Source: Minisyncoccota bacterium
Lineage (GTDB): Bacteria > Patescibacteriota > Minisyncoccia > Phycocordibacterales > UBA2100
Assembly: GCA_043780835.1 (NCBI GenBank)
Contig: JAYWCB010000010.1
Location: forward strand, 66,845 to 130,844
Length of the DNA stretch: 64,000 nt
Reading direction: 5' to 3'
The notes beneath the pieces are model-generated. The model did no database searches. It was not told where the DNA came from and worked only from the letters and a program-made list of their open reading frames with translations. The position numbers were made by a program, and so were the translations under genes. Below are positions 47,510 through 56,790 of this stretch, in pieces; positions within the stretch are counted from its first letter, which is position 1; every line of letters starts with the position of its first letter.

Positions 47510-49867
47510 CTATGCGTGCTCACCCCCGGCCGAGGGATTTTTTTCTTCATTCTTTTCTATCTTCTCCAGCCGGTCGAGCAGTCGTTTCGAATTCGACGTG
47601 CTTTTATATGTTTCGTCCATATGGTGCTGGATGATGTGCTCCGCTTCATGGCCACCACCGCGCAGATTTACATCGCGTTGAACAACTTGTTGAATTCCTT
47701 CCTTTACGCCTTTTTCTGCCTCATCAAGGCGCTCCCTGTATTTTTTATTCACATCAGCGTCTCGCGGTTTTGCTTCTGCGATAGCTTTTTTGTTATTGCT
47801 TACGATTGCTGCCTGCTCTGCCTCTTCTGTACGGTTTAAAATTTCCTGTGCCGCTTTTTGCTGTCGTTTTGTCAGCGCAGCACGAGGTGCCTTTATTTCG
47901 GAGGTTATCTCGTCCACTTTTGCTCGGGCCGCTGTAATGTTTGCGGCTTGTTTCTGAAGTTCTTCAGCGTGCTCCGCTTTGCGAGTTGCGACGGCTCGAA
48001 GTTGATTATCTTTGTCTGCGCCATTTGCCTGTTGCGCCTTTTGCATCATGATGTTGATTTCTGCGCCATGGCTCGCTTCCATTTGCGTCTTACGAGTATC
48101 GTGAATCTCGACTTCTCGCTGCGCAGCATCTAGTGCAGGCGCCTTTTCAATAGAATTTTGAACAACTTGCTTGTCCGCTGCAGCGTTGAGTGTCGGATCA
48201 TCTGCCGCCGCCTTTTCCTTATGCGCTTGTTCGAGCGCAGTTTTGGCAACCTCGAGACCCTTCGCTGCATTTTCAGCGTTTTTATTGTTGGTGGCTTGTA
48301 TTTCGTCTGACGCTTTTTTACGAATGGCATCTTTATCGCTCTGCGTGAGTAGAATCGCCTTCGCCTTCTGCTCCAAATTCTTTGCGCGCTCTTCTGCTGA
48401 CCCAGCAAAGCTCGATTTCTTTTCACCAGCAAGCACACCAGCTAGTCCAGCGGAGCCGGCAGCTGCCTTGCCAAGGTTCGTGTTGAGCGGATTGAAGCTT
48501 GCGTGCGCTCCCTTATCGGCTATCGATTTCAATTTGCGCAAACGCTCCACTTTGTCCCAATCTTTCGGATCTTGCGTTTGAATTGCACGCAGTTTCGCCG
48601 TTTGCATACGTTTGTTTGTCGCATCAGACGCGGCTTGTGATGCGCGACCTATTGAAAGCTGTGCAAGCCGTGCCGCCCCACGTGTGCCGAATGCGAGCGG
48701 GATACCTGCAGCCATTTGACCGATCTTTACGCCGCTGATCGATCCGGCCAGCGAGCTTGAGAGGCGGATCGAAGTAAACAACAGTCCGGTGCCGAGGATA
48801 TAGGCAAAGATGATGTGCCATCCATCTGCGAGCACTTGTTTCATCGGGTCGTTATCAAACGCACCCAGAGTGTTCCCCGGTCCGATTGATCCGGCAGACG
48901 ATTGCATGATGAGAATGGACACCGAGAGAAACATCATAAACAACGGCGCAAATGCCGCGTTATTAATGAGCGCTTTCCACCAATTACCCCAACCGAACTG
49001 GCTCGCTTCAAAATGCGGAGACAGATACGTGGCATATGCGAGTGGCGCAGTGAGCATAAGTAAAATAAACATAATGGCGCGCGCAATAATAAGAAACGCA
49101 CCGTACAGTATAACGACAGACAGAGTCGCAAGAATGAGGAACCCAAACAGACCGAATGCCAACGCCTTTAACGAGCCGCTAAATTCTGATTGGTTGTATA
49201 CGGCCTTTGCGAGATCGGATGTATCCCACGTACCCGATATGTGGAGCGGTTTGAGAATTTTTTCAGCAATGCTAAAGACCACCGGTCCGCCTGCCGCGGG
49301 TGCGGCGCCCGCGGTCTGTGAATAAATGGTATACGCTGCAAAATTTGACGCGTCGATTATAATTTTAGTGAACAATAAACTGAAATTCAGCAAGACTGCA
49401 ATGATGAGTACGCGTGCGATGAGTTTTTTCTGTCCGTATTCCGTCAGTCCGAGAATGAGACTAATGGCAATGAATACGAAAATACCGATGATCAAGATAT
49501 TTGCGAGATCTCGGAAAAATGTCCACCCACCGTTGATGATCGGCATGAGGTGCATTTGTGTATCGAGCGTATCTTTGAAGTTGATGATGATGTGATTGAT
49601 TGCGAAATCAAACATGGCGCCCGAGAAGCGCAAGATTGATCCGCCGAGCTCGAGAAGCATAGAACTGCCCCATTTCGCGAGTGGTATGCCGATACATTGT
49701 GCAAAATCAAACGATACAATGGGGATACAAGCGCTTCCCCTCGATTGAATACTTTTGTCTGCGCTCGTCGCTGCAAGCGCAACAAACGGGACCGCGGCGC
49801 ATACGACCAGAAACAGTGCGAGTACCGCTCCTGCGATAGACCATCGATGAGTGCGAGGTGTCAGCAT
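47510..49867 (-). CDS. VirB6-like polytopic membrane protein with long coiled-coil C-terminus
   Basis: GWTFFRDLANI, IIAVLLNFSLLFTKIIIDASN, R.IMFILLM.TAPLA, WWKAL, FAP; Ala/Lys/Glu-rich tail. Confidence 0.75.
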   Translation of the reverse strand: MLTPRTHRWSIAGAVLALFLVVCAAVPFVALAATSADKSIQSRGSACIPIVSFDFAQCIGIPLAKWGSSMLLELGGSILRFSGAMFDFAINHIIINFKDTLDTQMHLMPIINGGWTFFRDLANILIIGIFVFIAISLILGLTEYGQKKLIARVLIIAVLLNFSLLFTKIIIDASNFAAYTIYSQTAGAAPAAGGPVVFSIAEKILKPLHISGTWDTSDLAKAVYNQSEFSGSLKALAFGLFGFLILATLSVVILYGAFLIIARAIMFILLMLTAPLAYATYLSPHFEASQFGWGNWWKALINNAAFAPLFMMFLSVSILIMQSSAGSIGPGNTLGAFDNDPMKQVLADGWHIIFAYILGTGLLFTSIRLSSSLAGSISGVKIGQMAAGIPLAFGTRGAARLAQLSIGRASQAASDATNKRMQTAKLRAIQTQDPKDWDKVERLRKLKSIADKGAHASFNPLNTNLGKAAAGSAGLAGVLAGEKKSSFAGSAEERAKNLEQKAKAILLTQSDKDAIRKKASDEIQATNNKNAENAAKGLEVAKTALEQAHKEKAAADDPTLNAAADKQVVQNSIEKAPALDAAQREVEIHDTRKTQMEASHGAEINIMMQKAQQANGADKDNQLRAVATRKAEHAEELQKQAANITAARAKVDEITSEIKAPRAALTKRQQKAAQEILNRTEEAEQAAIVSNNKKAIAEAKPRDADVNKKYRERLDEAEKGVKEGIQQVVQRDVNLRGGGHEAEHIIQHHMDETYKSTSNSKRLLDRLEKIEKNEEKNPSAGGEHA

Positions 49868-49868
49868 A

Positions 49869-51458
49869 TTATGGTGTCGGGCACGTCCCGCTTCCGCTCC
49901 AACAGGCGGTCCATTTGTCTTTTGTTCCCTGACTGTCAGCACACCAGCCAACGGGAGCGTCAACGCTCTCCCAATTCTTAAATGTGTCGGTTATCAATTT
50001 GGACATTTGCTGCGCGATGACGGTTTGATTCGCCGATTCCGCATTTGTGGCGGTGACGTCATGTGGCGCAATCCCCGCGAGGCTCGCGAGCGCTTGCGTT
50101 TGTGCTGCCGCAGATCCGTTCGCCCGCAGATCCGTTATGAGTCCGTTGATCCGATTTTGAATCGGTGTTGAGCTATTCAGTCGAGTGATCGCGGCGTTAG
50201 AAAGCGCTTTGGTACCGGCATCAATCACTGTTTTTGCAAAGGGCGGCTTCGAAAACGTGAGCGTACCACCACTGGTGCCCGTGCAAGCCGTGCTCGTGAT
50301 GGTGCCCGCCTGACATACCGCATTTTGAATGGTAGTGAAACACTGTGTTTCTTTTGCGGTGAGCTGATTGTTGGTCGAAGTAAATAATTGAATGGTTTTG
50401 CCGACCTCGGACGCGTATTTTATCTCTTGTGTGAGTGCCGCCTGCAGGGCTGAAAGCACCACATTATTTGTCGCATCTACATAATCTCCACCGGTTTTTT
50501 GTACGACTTGTAGCATGTATGACGCCGCACCTTGCGTAAGGCCGGCCAGACCCTTGGAACTGCCCGTGAGTACCTGGTTTACAACACCCAAATAGAGCCC
50601 GTCGATCATTTCATTGATATCATCTGCTTGTTGCGCCTGCACATACGGTGATTCAACCGATTGCAATGCAACTGCCCCCACGATCCCGCCCGGCGTGTCG
50701 GTGTATCGGAAGCCATTTTCGTCGTAGTGGGCAACATCGTAAATACCGTTGCCCCAGCTCAACCGTTCTCTGTTCTTGTACAACTCGTATGCGCCTTGGT
50801 TTGTCAGTGCGTTATACCCGATATCGGCCGCAAAGAGCACGCTGCAGGAAGGATTATCTGCGACTGCGTTGAACCCGTCCCAATAATTGCCGACCGGGAC
50901 GCCGTTATACACCGCTTCAAGATCGCCACCATCATCGGCATACTTACATGCAAACGATCTTCGTGGATCGCTCGCGTTGATGTATCCGAGTGCAATTGCC
51001 TGTTTCACTTTTCCCTTGAGCACTGCATTGAATCCTGAAAGACTGTCATTATCTTCAAGGTAGCGAACCATTGTTTTTTCGCTCAGCTTCCATTCTTCTT
51101 GGCCGAGTTCACGGGACGGAAATCCGCCAAACGTAGGATTTCCGCTCCCGTCCGTACTCGAATTAAATCTCGAGAGCACTTTTTCATCAACGGTCGCGAG
51201 CGCGGCTTTACGCTTGCTCGTGACGATCTCCCTTAGCACGCACTCCTTATAGACGAGAATTCCTGTATTGAGCTCAACTGCATAGTCTGCCACCGGCACA
51301 TACGGTCCTCCGAGTGGCTGCGTTGATCCCGCGCTCGCGGTGGAGGCACCGTTTCTGCTGCAATTAAAAACCGTGCTATCAGCAACGTCTGAGAATGTTA
51401 CAAACGGTATCAAGCTGAGACAAGAAACGATGACCGTGATGAGCGCTGTACGTTTCAT
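49869..51458 (-). CDS. Secreted Cys-containing protein of the T4SS-like locus
   Basis: Signal peptide; LSWGNG, DTPG, ADDINEMI motifs. Confidence 0.7.
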   Translation of the reverse strand: MKRTALITVIVSCLSLIPFVTFSDVADSTVFNCSRNGASTASAGSTQPLGGPYVPVADYAVELNTGILVYKECVLREIVTSKRKAALATVDEKVLSRFNSSTDGSGNPTFGGFPSRELGQEEWKLSEKTMVRYLEDNDSLSGFNAVLKGKVKQAIALGYINASDPRRSFACKYADDGGDLEAVYNGVPVGNYWDGFNAVADNPSCSVLFAADIGYNALTNQGAYELYKNRERLSWGNGIYDVAHYDENGFRYTDTPGGIVGAVALQSVESPYVQAQQADDINEMIDGLYLGVVNQVLTGSSKGLAGLTQGAASYMLQVVQKTGGDYVDATNNVVLSALQAALTQEIKYASEVGKTIQLFTSTNNQLTAKETQCFTTIQNAVCQAGTITSTACTGTSGGTLTFSKPPFAKTVIDAGTKALSNAAITRLNSSTPIQNRINGLITDLRANGSAAAQTQALASLAGIAPHDVTATNAESANQTVIAQQMSKLITDTFKNWESVDAPVGWCADSQGTKDKWTACWSGSGTCPTP

Positions 51459-52291
51459 ATCGATTTCTTTGCGAAGTAGGAGCGCAGAGCGTTGTATGCG
51501 TCATGGATTCCCTGCTCTTTTTCATTATAGGTACGCAGCAGTGCAACGGAAGCAAACGGATCGTCGGCGTGATCTGCAAGGCCATCAAGCACGGAGGAGA
51601 ACGCGCGCAACGAATTCAAAACCTCGCGGTGATAATTGACGGCGTCACTGGGAACCGTAAGTGAAGCACCGGCCTTCGCAGCGGCACGGTAGGAGTTGGC
51701 GGCATCTTTTAGTCGCACCAAATATTTTTTGTCGCTGGTTTCAACATATCGTCCGTATATTTCGTATTCAGCATTGGGAATAGATGAGATGGGCGCCAAT
51801 GCGGTGAGTAGATTGTCGCGGTAGGTACGTACACGTTCTGTTGAAACATCAGGATCGGTCTTGAAGTCTCCGTTCTTGAACATGTCGTAGGAAACCGCGG
51901 CCTTCAAATAGACTGCGATTTTTTCTGCGGCGGTGCGCAGATCGTCTTGCGTATAGGCGCCGTTTGCACGGATTGCAGAATACGATCCGAACAGTTCACC
52001 TTTGATCATGGGCCCGATCATTGCGAGGTGATCGGTTGATGTCGTAGCCGAAGAATCGGTAGATGTTGTTTTGCCGAGCAGCAGTAATGCCTGTTGCAGA
52101 TCCGGTGTTCCATCGGACAGATCTTTTTGTGACGGCGTGCTCGATGCGATAGCTGCAATGGGTGATGCCACAGGGGGGCGTATCAGCGCGATGATCCGTG
52201 CGACTGAAACGCCGCCGAGGAGCAATATAGAGAGTGTTGCAGTCACTGCAATAGAAGAAGAGCCGCCGAGAATCCCGCGTAATTTCTGCAC
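51455..52291 (-). CDS. Membrane-anchored helical protein
   Basis: N-terminal TM; LTVPSDAVNYHREVLNS, DDPFAS. Confidence 0.65.
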   Translation of the reverse strand: MQKLRGILGGSSSIAVTATLSILLLGGVSVARIIALIRPPVASPIAAIASSTPSQKDLSDGTPDLQQALLLLGKTTSTDSSATTSTDHLAMIGPMIKGELFGSYSAIRANGAYTQDDLRTAAEKIAVYLKAAVSYDMFKNGDFKTDPDVSTERVRTYRDNLLTALAPISSIPNAEYEIYGRYVETSDKKYLVRLKDAANSYRAAAKAGASLTVPSDAVNYHREVLNSLRAFSSVLDGLADHADDPFASVALLRTYNEKEQGIHDAYNALRSYFAKKSI

Positions 52292-52366
52292 ACTAAAAGT
52301 ATACCTCGCCGCACTACGCGTCGGTGGCGTACTTTCGGTAAGATATGGGATATCTGCAAGAGGCTA

Positions 52367-53242
52367 TCAGTTGTGACGAAAACTAAACACTGATCCTGCG
52401 TCCGTTTCTTCAAAGGCAACACCGGCGCTCGAAAAAAATGAGGCAAGAGACACAAGTGCGCGAGTATTGACGTCTGCTTTGTTGTTGTAAGCGGTAATCG
52501 CTGCAATAAATGCCTGATCATCCGTCGCATCGGGCACGTGAGCGAGCGCGGTCCCCAGATTTACGTATGACTCACCCAATGTTTTGTGCAGTGCGATCGC
52601 GCTGGGGAGCACATCATGAATGGCAAGAATACTCTCTCCAAGCGATTGATATCTAAGGCCGAGATCGCGTACCGCAGTACCCATCTGCTGATTTGCGCGG
52701 TGATTGATTTGGTCGGTCAGGGTTTGCGTCATATTTAGGTTAACGGCAGAAAATCCCTGCAGGCGCGATCCGATTGCGTTACCGTACGCAAATAATGCGA
52801 TTTGTTCAGGGGCTTTAGTTTTTTCAGCGGGCGCGCTCGTCTTTGGTGAGTACGAAAACGCACTCATCAGTTCCTCGTACGTTTTATTAGCCTGTTGGGC
52901 GGGGGTTGTTGCCGTATCGTGTCGCATTTGCGCAAGCAGCGCGTTGTAATCAAACGTGTCGTCGGATTGGCTTGGTTTTTTTGCAGTGGTCGTTGTTGCT
53001 CGCGGAGCCGGAATGGCGAGTGTATCGGGATCGGTTTGCGTGAGCACGTGTGCGTCGGAACGAGAACTTGTATCAGCCGCAACAGGTGTTTCGGTCGGCG
53101 CGACGTAGCCCCCCTCTGTTTGCCAGGAAACACTGGCACCGTTCGGCGCAACAGCGCTCTCACGTGCTACAAAATAAAATCCGACTGCTACCAGGATGAG
53201 CGCGGCGAGGAGTGTCAGGATAACCGGATGCCTGAAGTTCAT
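52367..53242 (-). CDS. Membrane-anchored helical protein, distantly similar to 51455-52291
   Basis: N-terminal TM; YGNAIG, VLPSAIALHKTLGESY; TATACT 7 nt before the ATG. Confidence 0.65.
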   Translation of the reverse strand: MNFRHPVILTLLAALILVAVGFYFVARESAVAPNGASVSWQTEGGYVAPTETPVAADTSSRSDAHVLTQTDPDTLAIPAPRATTTTAKKPSQSDDTFDYNALLAQMRHDTATTPAQQANKTYEELMSAFSYSPKTSAPAEKTKAPEQIALFAYGNAIGSRLQGFSAVNLNMTQTLTDQINHRANQQMGTAVRDLGLRYQSLGESILAIHDVLPSAIALHKTLGESYVNLGTALAHVPDATDDQAFIAAITAYNNKADVNTRALVSLASFFSSAGVAFEETDAGSVFSFRHN

Positions 53243-53291
53243 TATCAGAAGTATAGCGCACACACGTCCACTGATGTCGTATACTTCATGC

Positions 53292-53615
53292 ATGCGATCA
53301 ATTGCCGGTATGCTTGTGGGAATTTTTCTACTGACAGTTCCGACCGCTGTGTATGCACAGACAAACCCCTTCGGTGGTCCGATCACTCAGATTATCTTTT
53401 GCTACAACCAAGCTATCTGGACCACGATCGGCCCGCCCGTGGGAGGTATTTATATTTGGACACCCTCAACCGTAACGTATCCCTTCGGTCCGCCTGCGCA
53501 CACCGGCCAGTATTTGCTCGGACTCTACGGCGCTCCGTACTATTGTTTGGTTTCGATTGTACCGATTATCGTATACGCCGGCATTTCGATAACTATGATG
53601 GGCAGTTCTCAGTAA
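53292..53615 (+). CDS. Small secreted protein (PFGG motif)
   Basis: Signal peptide VYA-Q, PFGGPITQIIFC, GQYLLGLYG, MMGSS; TATACT 6 nt before the ATG. Confidence 0.7.
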   Translation: MRSIAGMLVGIFLLTVPTAVYAQTNPFGGPITQIIFCYNQAIWTTIGPPVGGIYIWTPSTVTYPFGPPAHTGQYLLGLYGAPYYCLVSIVPIIVYAGISITMMGSSQ

Positions 53616-53743
53616 CAAAATCAGTGCCTGCGCACTGATCTTGTACGAGAACTGAGCCGCAGGTATATCGCGGCGATCACGCCGTGATTCCGAGGCGGGG
53701 TCGCGGAATTTTGTTTTCGTCGGAAAACAAAATATCTGTGACC
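53603..53743 (+). repeat. Structured element downstream of a protein gene (same family as the tRNA-associated elements)
   Basis: CAGTTCTC...GAGAACTG hairpin with CTGC loop, then GCC-GCA-GG...CC-GA-GGC and GGTCGCGG-A-ATTTTGTTTTC-GTCG-GAAAACAAAAT-AT-CTGTGACC. Confidence 0.75.
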
Positions 53744-53775
53744 AAGTTGGTCAGATTTCCCCCGAGGTTCAGCTG

Positions 53776-54552
53776 TTACTGTGTCAGCGCCCTCGTTATC
53801 CCCTTCCACTCCTCAACATGAATAGTTTCCGCGCGCGCTTTTTGCGGTATGCCCGAGCGCGCGAGCGCTGCAAGCGCCTTCTCCTTGCCGAAGGCAACCG
53901 CAAGATTATTTGAAACGAACTTCCGTCTGGATGCGAATCCTGCCCGTACCGCACGAAAGAAATCCGCTTCGCTGACATCGCCAAAAAAATCTTTTGACAC
54001 GTGTTCGATGACGAGTATCGCGGAGTCAACCTTCGGTGCCGGCGAGAAATGTTTTTTTGGAACCTTATCCGTGATGCGCGGCTTCCCGTACGCTTTCACC
54101 GAAAGGGATAGTATGCTTTCTGTCGCGCTCACGATGCGTTGTGCAACTTCTTTTTGTACAAGAAGCGCAAGCGCCCGCGGCTGCACGGTGGCCGTTAGAA
54201 ACTGGCGAATGATTTCACCCGTAATGTAGTACGGAATATTCGCCGCAACGATGTACGCCTCGAGTCCGAGAGATTCCGCGGTCACATTGCGCACGTCGTC
54301 TTCAACGAGGCGAAGTCTTCCCGAAGCGATGTGCTCCTGGAAAGTGGTGCGCAATTTTCCAACCAGCTCGGGATCTTTCTCGATCGCAACCACCGGACCG
54401 AGTGTAAGTAGTTCGCGCGTGAGCATACCCTTCCCGGGACCGATTTCCACATAGGTCTCGGTGCGCTCGAGCGGAATCGCATGCGCAAGTGCTCGCGCAG
54501 CCCATGAATGTATAAGAAAGTGTTGGCCCAATTTGGCTCCAGTGCGACTCAT
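53776..54552 (-). CDS. rsmA: 16S rRNA m6,2A dimethyltransferase
   Basis: LGQHFL, EIGPGKG.LT, IEKD, ANIPYYIT, QKEVAQRI, PAPKVDS. Confidence 0.96.
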   Translation of the reverse strand: MSRTGAKLGQHFLIHSWAARALAHAIPLERTETYVEIGPGKGMLTRELLTLGPVVAIEKDPELVGKLRTTFQEHIASGRLRLVEDDVRNVTAESLGLEAYIVAANIPYYITGEIIRQFLTATVQPRALALLVQKEVAQRIVSATESILSLSVKAYGKPRITDKVPKKHFSPAPKVDSAILVIEHVSKDFFGDVSEADFFRAVRAGFASRRKFVSNNLAVAFGKEKALAALARSGIPQKARAETIHVEEWKGITRALTQ

Positions 54553-54555
54553 CTG

Positions 54556-56451
54556 TTAACGAATAACATCTTCATCGTCAAGAAGCGAGCGTTTTCGAAC
54601 AACGGGCGCAATGAGGCGAGCATCGATATCGTCGATGAATTCCGATGCAGCTGCGTACTCTCGCGAACCGTACTTCATGCGCTCACTCGCATACGATAAA
54701 TACAACCGTTGTCGTGCTCGCGTAAGCGCCACGTAAAAGAGACGACGTTCCTCTTCTTCATCACGACCGGCATCATTTTGTCGAATTGCGGGAAATAAGC
54801 CCTGTTCGAGTCCTGTTACAAACACCGCATCAAACTCCAATCCTTTCGATGCGTGGATGGTCATGAGGGAAACTTGCTCTTGTTTTTCTTCAAGCTCATC
54901 CTGATCGCTCTGTAAGGCAGCTTCTTCGAGCAGTTTTTCCATACCGGCGACCGGTTCTTCGTAGTCGTATTTGGTTGCAAAGTTCACTAGTTCGCGAACG
55001 TTTTCGAGACGCTCTCTGCCCTCTTCCGTTTTACCGAACACGGACTCCATGCCCGTGATTTCAAGTGCGAATCGAACAGTCTCTGATGGCGGCAATGTAT
55101 TAATTGCGTGAGTAATTTTCGCAATGAGCCCACGAAACGCTGTTACCTTTGCCCCGGTTGCGCCTACGAGTTCTGCGTCTTTTCCATCAAGCATCTTTTC
55201 AAGCGTGACCTTACCGATACCGCGCGGCGGAACGCCGACGATACGCATAAGATCGATGCGACTTTGCGGATTCATCGCCGCGCGCAGGTACGAAAGCATG
55301 TCTTTTACTTCTTTTCGTTCGAAAAACCGAGTGCCGAGCACGCGGTATGGTATCCCGTATCGCATCATTGCTTCTTCAAGCGTACGCGACATAAAATTCT
55401 CACGATAGAGTACGGCGATTTCGCTCGGTTTCATGCCTCCCTGTATTAAAAGAGCGGCTGATTGTGCTATAAACCACGCTTCATCGATTTCATTTTTGGC
55501 TCCGTACAGCGTGATAGGGTCTCCGATACCATTATCGGTATACAGCACCTTCGGTTTGCGATTTTTGTTTTTCTCTATAACAGCATTTGCGGCGGAGAGA
55601 ATGGTGCGGGTCGAACGATAGTTTTGTTCAAGCGTCACCAATTTCGCGCCGGGATACGTGAGCTCGAACTCCATGAGATGCGCAATATCCGCACCGCGCC
55701 AACTGTAAATATTTTGATCGATATCACCCACGACGCAGATGTTGCGCTTTTCTCCTGCAAGACGTCGTGCAATTTCGTACTGAGCTTTGTTGGTGTCTTG
55801 ATATTCATCAATAGTGATGTGCGACCAGCGGTTTTGCAGCAGCGCCTGCACGCGATCGGATTCTCGCAGTAAGGTGAGCGTGCGACACAGTAGGTCATCG
55901 AAATCAAGCGCACCCTCATCGCGGAGTGCTTTTTCGTATTGTTCCCATACCTGGGCTACGACTTGGTCGCGGTAGCTTTTTGTTTTACCCGCGTAATCGC
56001 GTTGCGCAACACCGTCACCTTTCTGACGAGAAATGGAGGAGAGAATGTTTCGCGGCGGCCACTGCTCAATTGAGAGTCGATCGAGCGCAGCTTTTACGCA
56101 GCGAGTACTGTCGTCGCGATCCCATATGGTAAAGCCTTTGGGGAGTGACGCGTCCTCGTGGAACTCACGCAAGAGCCGAACGCCAAGCGAATGGAACGTT
56201 GAAACGGTCGGCATTCCTCTGTTTTCAGGGATGAGTGCACGAATCCGATCGCGCATTTCTCCTGCTGCTTTATTGGTAAAGGTGACTGCGAGTATCTGTC
56301 GGGCCGGAACACCCGTTTCAATGAGATGGGCTATGCGATGCGTAATGGTTTTAGTTTTTCCCGCACCGGCACCCGCAATGATCAAAAGAGGGCCTTCGGT
56401 GTGTCCGGCGGCATCTTGCTGCCTTTCATTGAGCCCTTCAAAGTAATTCAC
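54556..56451 (-). CDS. pcrA: UvrD/PcrA DNA helicase
   Basis: AGAGAGKT, TFTNKAA, DEYQDTN, VGDIDQ.IYSWRGA, QNYRST, TIHASKGLEF, EERRLFYVALTRA. Confidence 0.95.
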   Translation of the reverse strand: MNYFEGLNERQQDAAGHTEGPLLIIAGAGAGKTKTITHRIAHLIETGVPARQILAVTFTNKAAGEMRDRIRALIPENRGMPTVSTFHSLGVRLLREFHEDASLPKGFTIWDRDDSTRCVKAALDRLSIEQWPPRNILSSISRQKGDGVAQRDYAGKTKSYRDQVVAQVWEQYEKALRDEGALDFDDLLCRTLTLLRESDRVQALLQNRWSHITIDEYQDTNKAQYEIARRLAGEKRNICVVGDIDQNIYSWRGADIAHLMEFELTYPGAKLVTLEQNYRSTRTILSAANAVIEKNKNRKPKVLYTDNGIGDPITLYGAKNEIDEAWFIAQSAALLIQGGMKPSEIAVLYRENFMSRTLEEAMMRYGIPYRVLGTRFFERKEVKDMLSYLRAAMNPQSRIDLMRIVGVPPRGIGKVTLEKMLDGKDAELVGATGAKVTAFRGLIAKITHAINTLPPSETVRFALEITGMESVFGKTEEGRERLENVRELVNFATKYDYEEPVAGMEKLLEEAALQSDQDELEEKQEQVSLMTIHASKGLEFDAVFVTGLEQGLFPAIRQNDAGRDEEEERRLFYVALTRARQRLYLSYASERMKYGSREYAAASEFIDDIDARLIAPVVRKRSLLDDEDVIR

Positions 56452-56790
56452 CGATGCACTATAGCATGGCTAGAAATCAGGGTTTTTCGGCAGTTTGGCG
56501 TATGGTCGCGCCTTCATGTTTTTATTGACAAATTCGCTATCCACCGCCAAGCCCGTTTATGAATTGACTATGAATGCCCAATTGGCTACCGTTAACAAGT
56601 CGATGGTCATCTGAAATTCGAAAAAAGGCAATTCCTCTAAATATCGAGGTTTTAAGCCACTTTTCAGCCTGACTGCCCACGCCATCGCAACACTTCGGCT
56701 TACAGCACTTCGCCTTCGGGATAGTTAGCGGACATACCGCATATCCGAGAAGGCACACATAAGTGAATCGGCCGACAACATTGACGTATT

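Noticed and set aside
40958-53242. Integrative conjugative element or prophage
   Set aside because: No integrase, relaxase, VirD4, att repeats or phage structural genes; style matches the chromosome.
56620-56700. c-di-GMP-I-like aptamer (GGCAA...AAGCC) before LysM-M23
   Set aside because: Lacks the GAAA tetraloop, GACGCAAA and P3 consensus; kept only as an unspecified structured leader.
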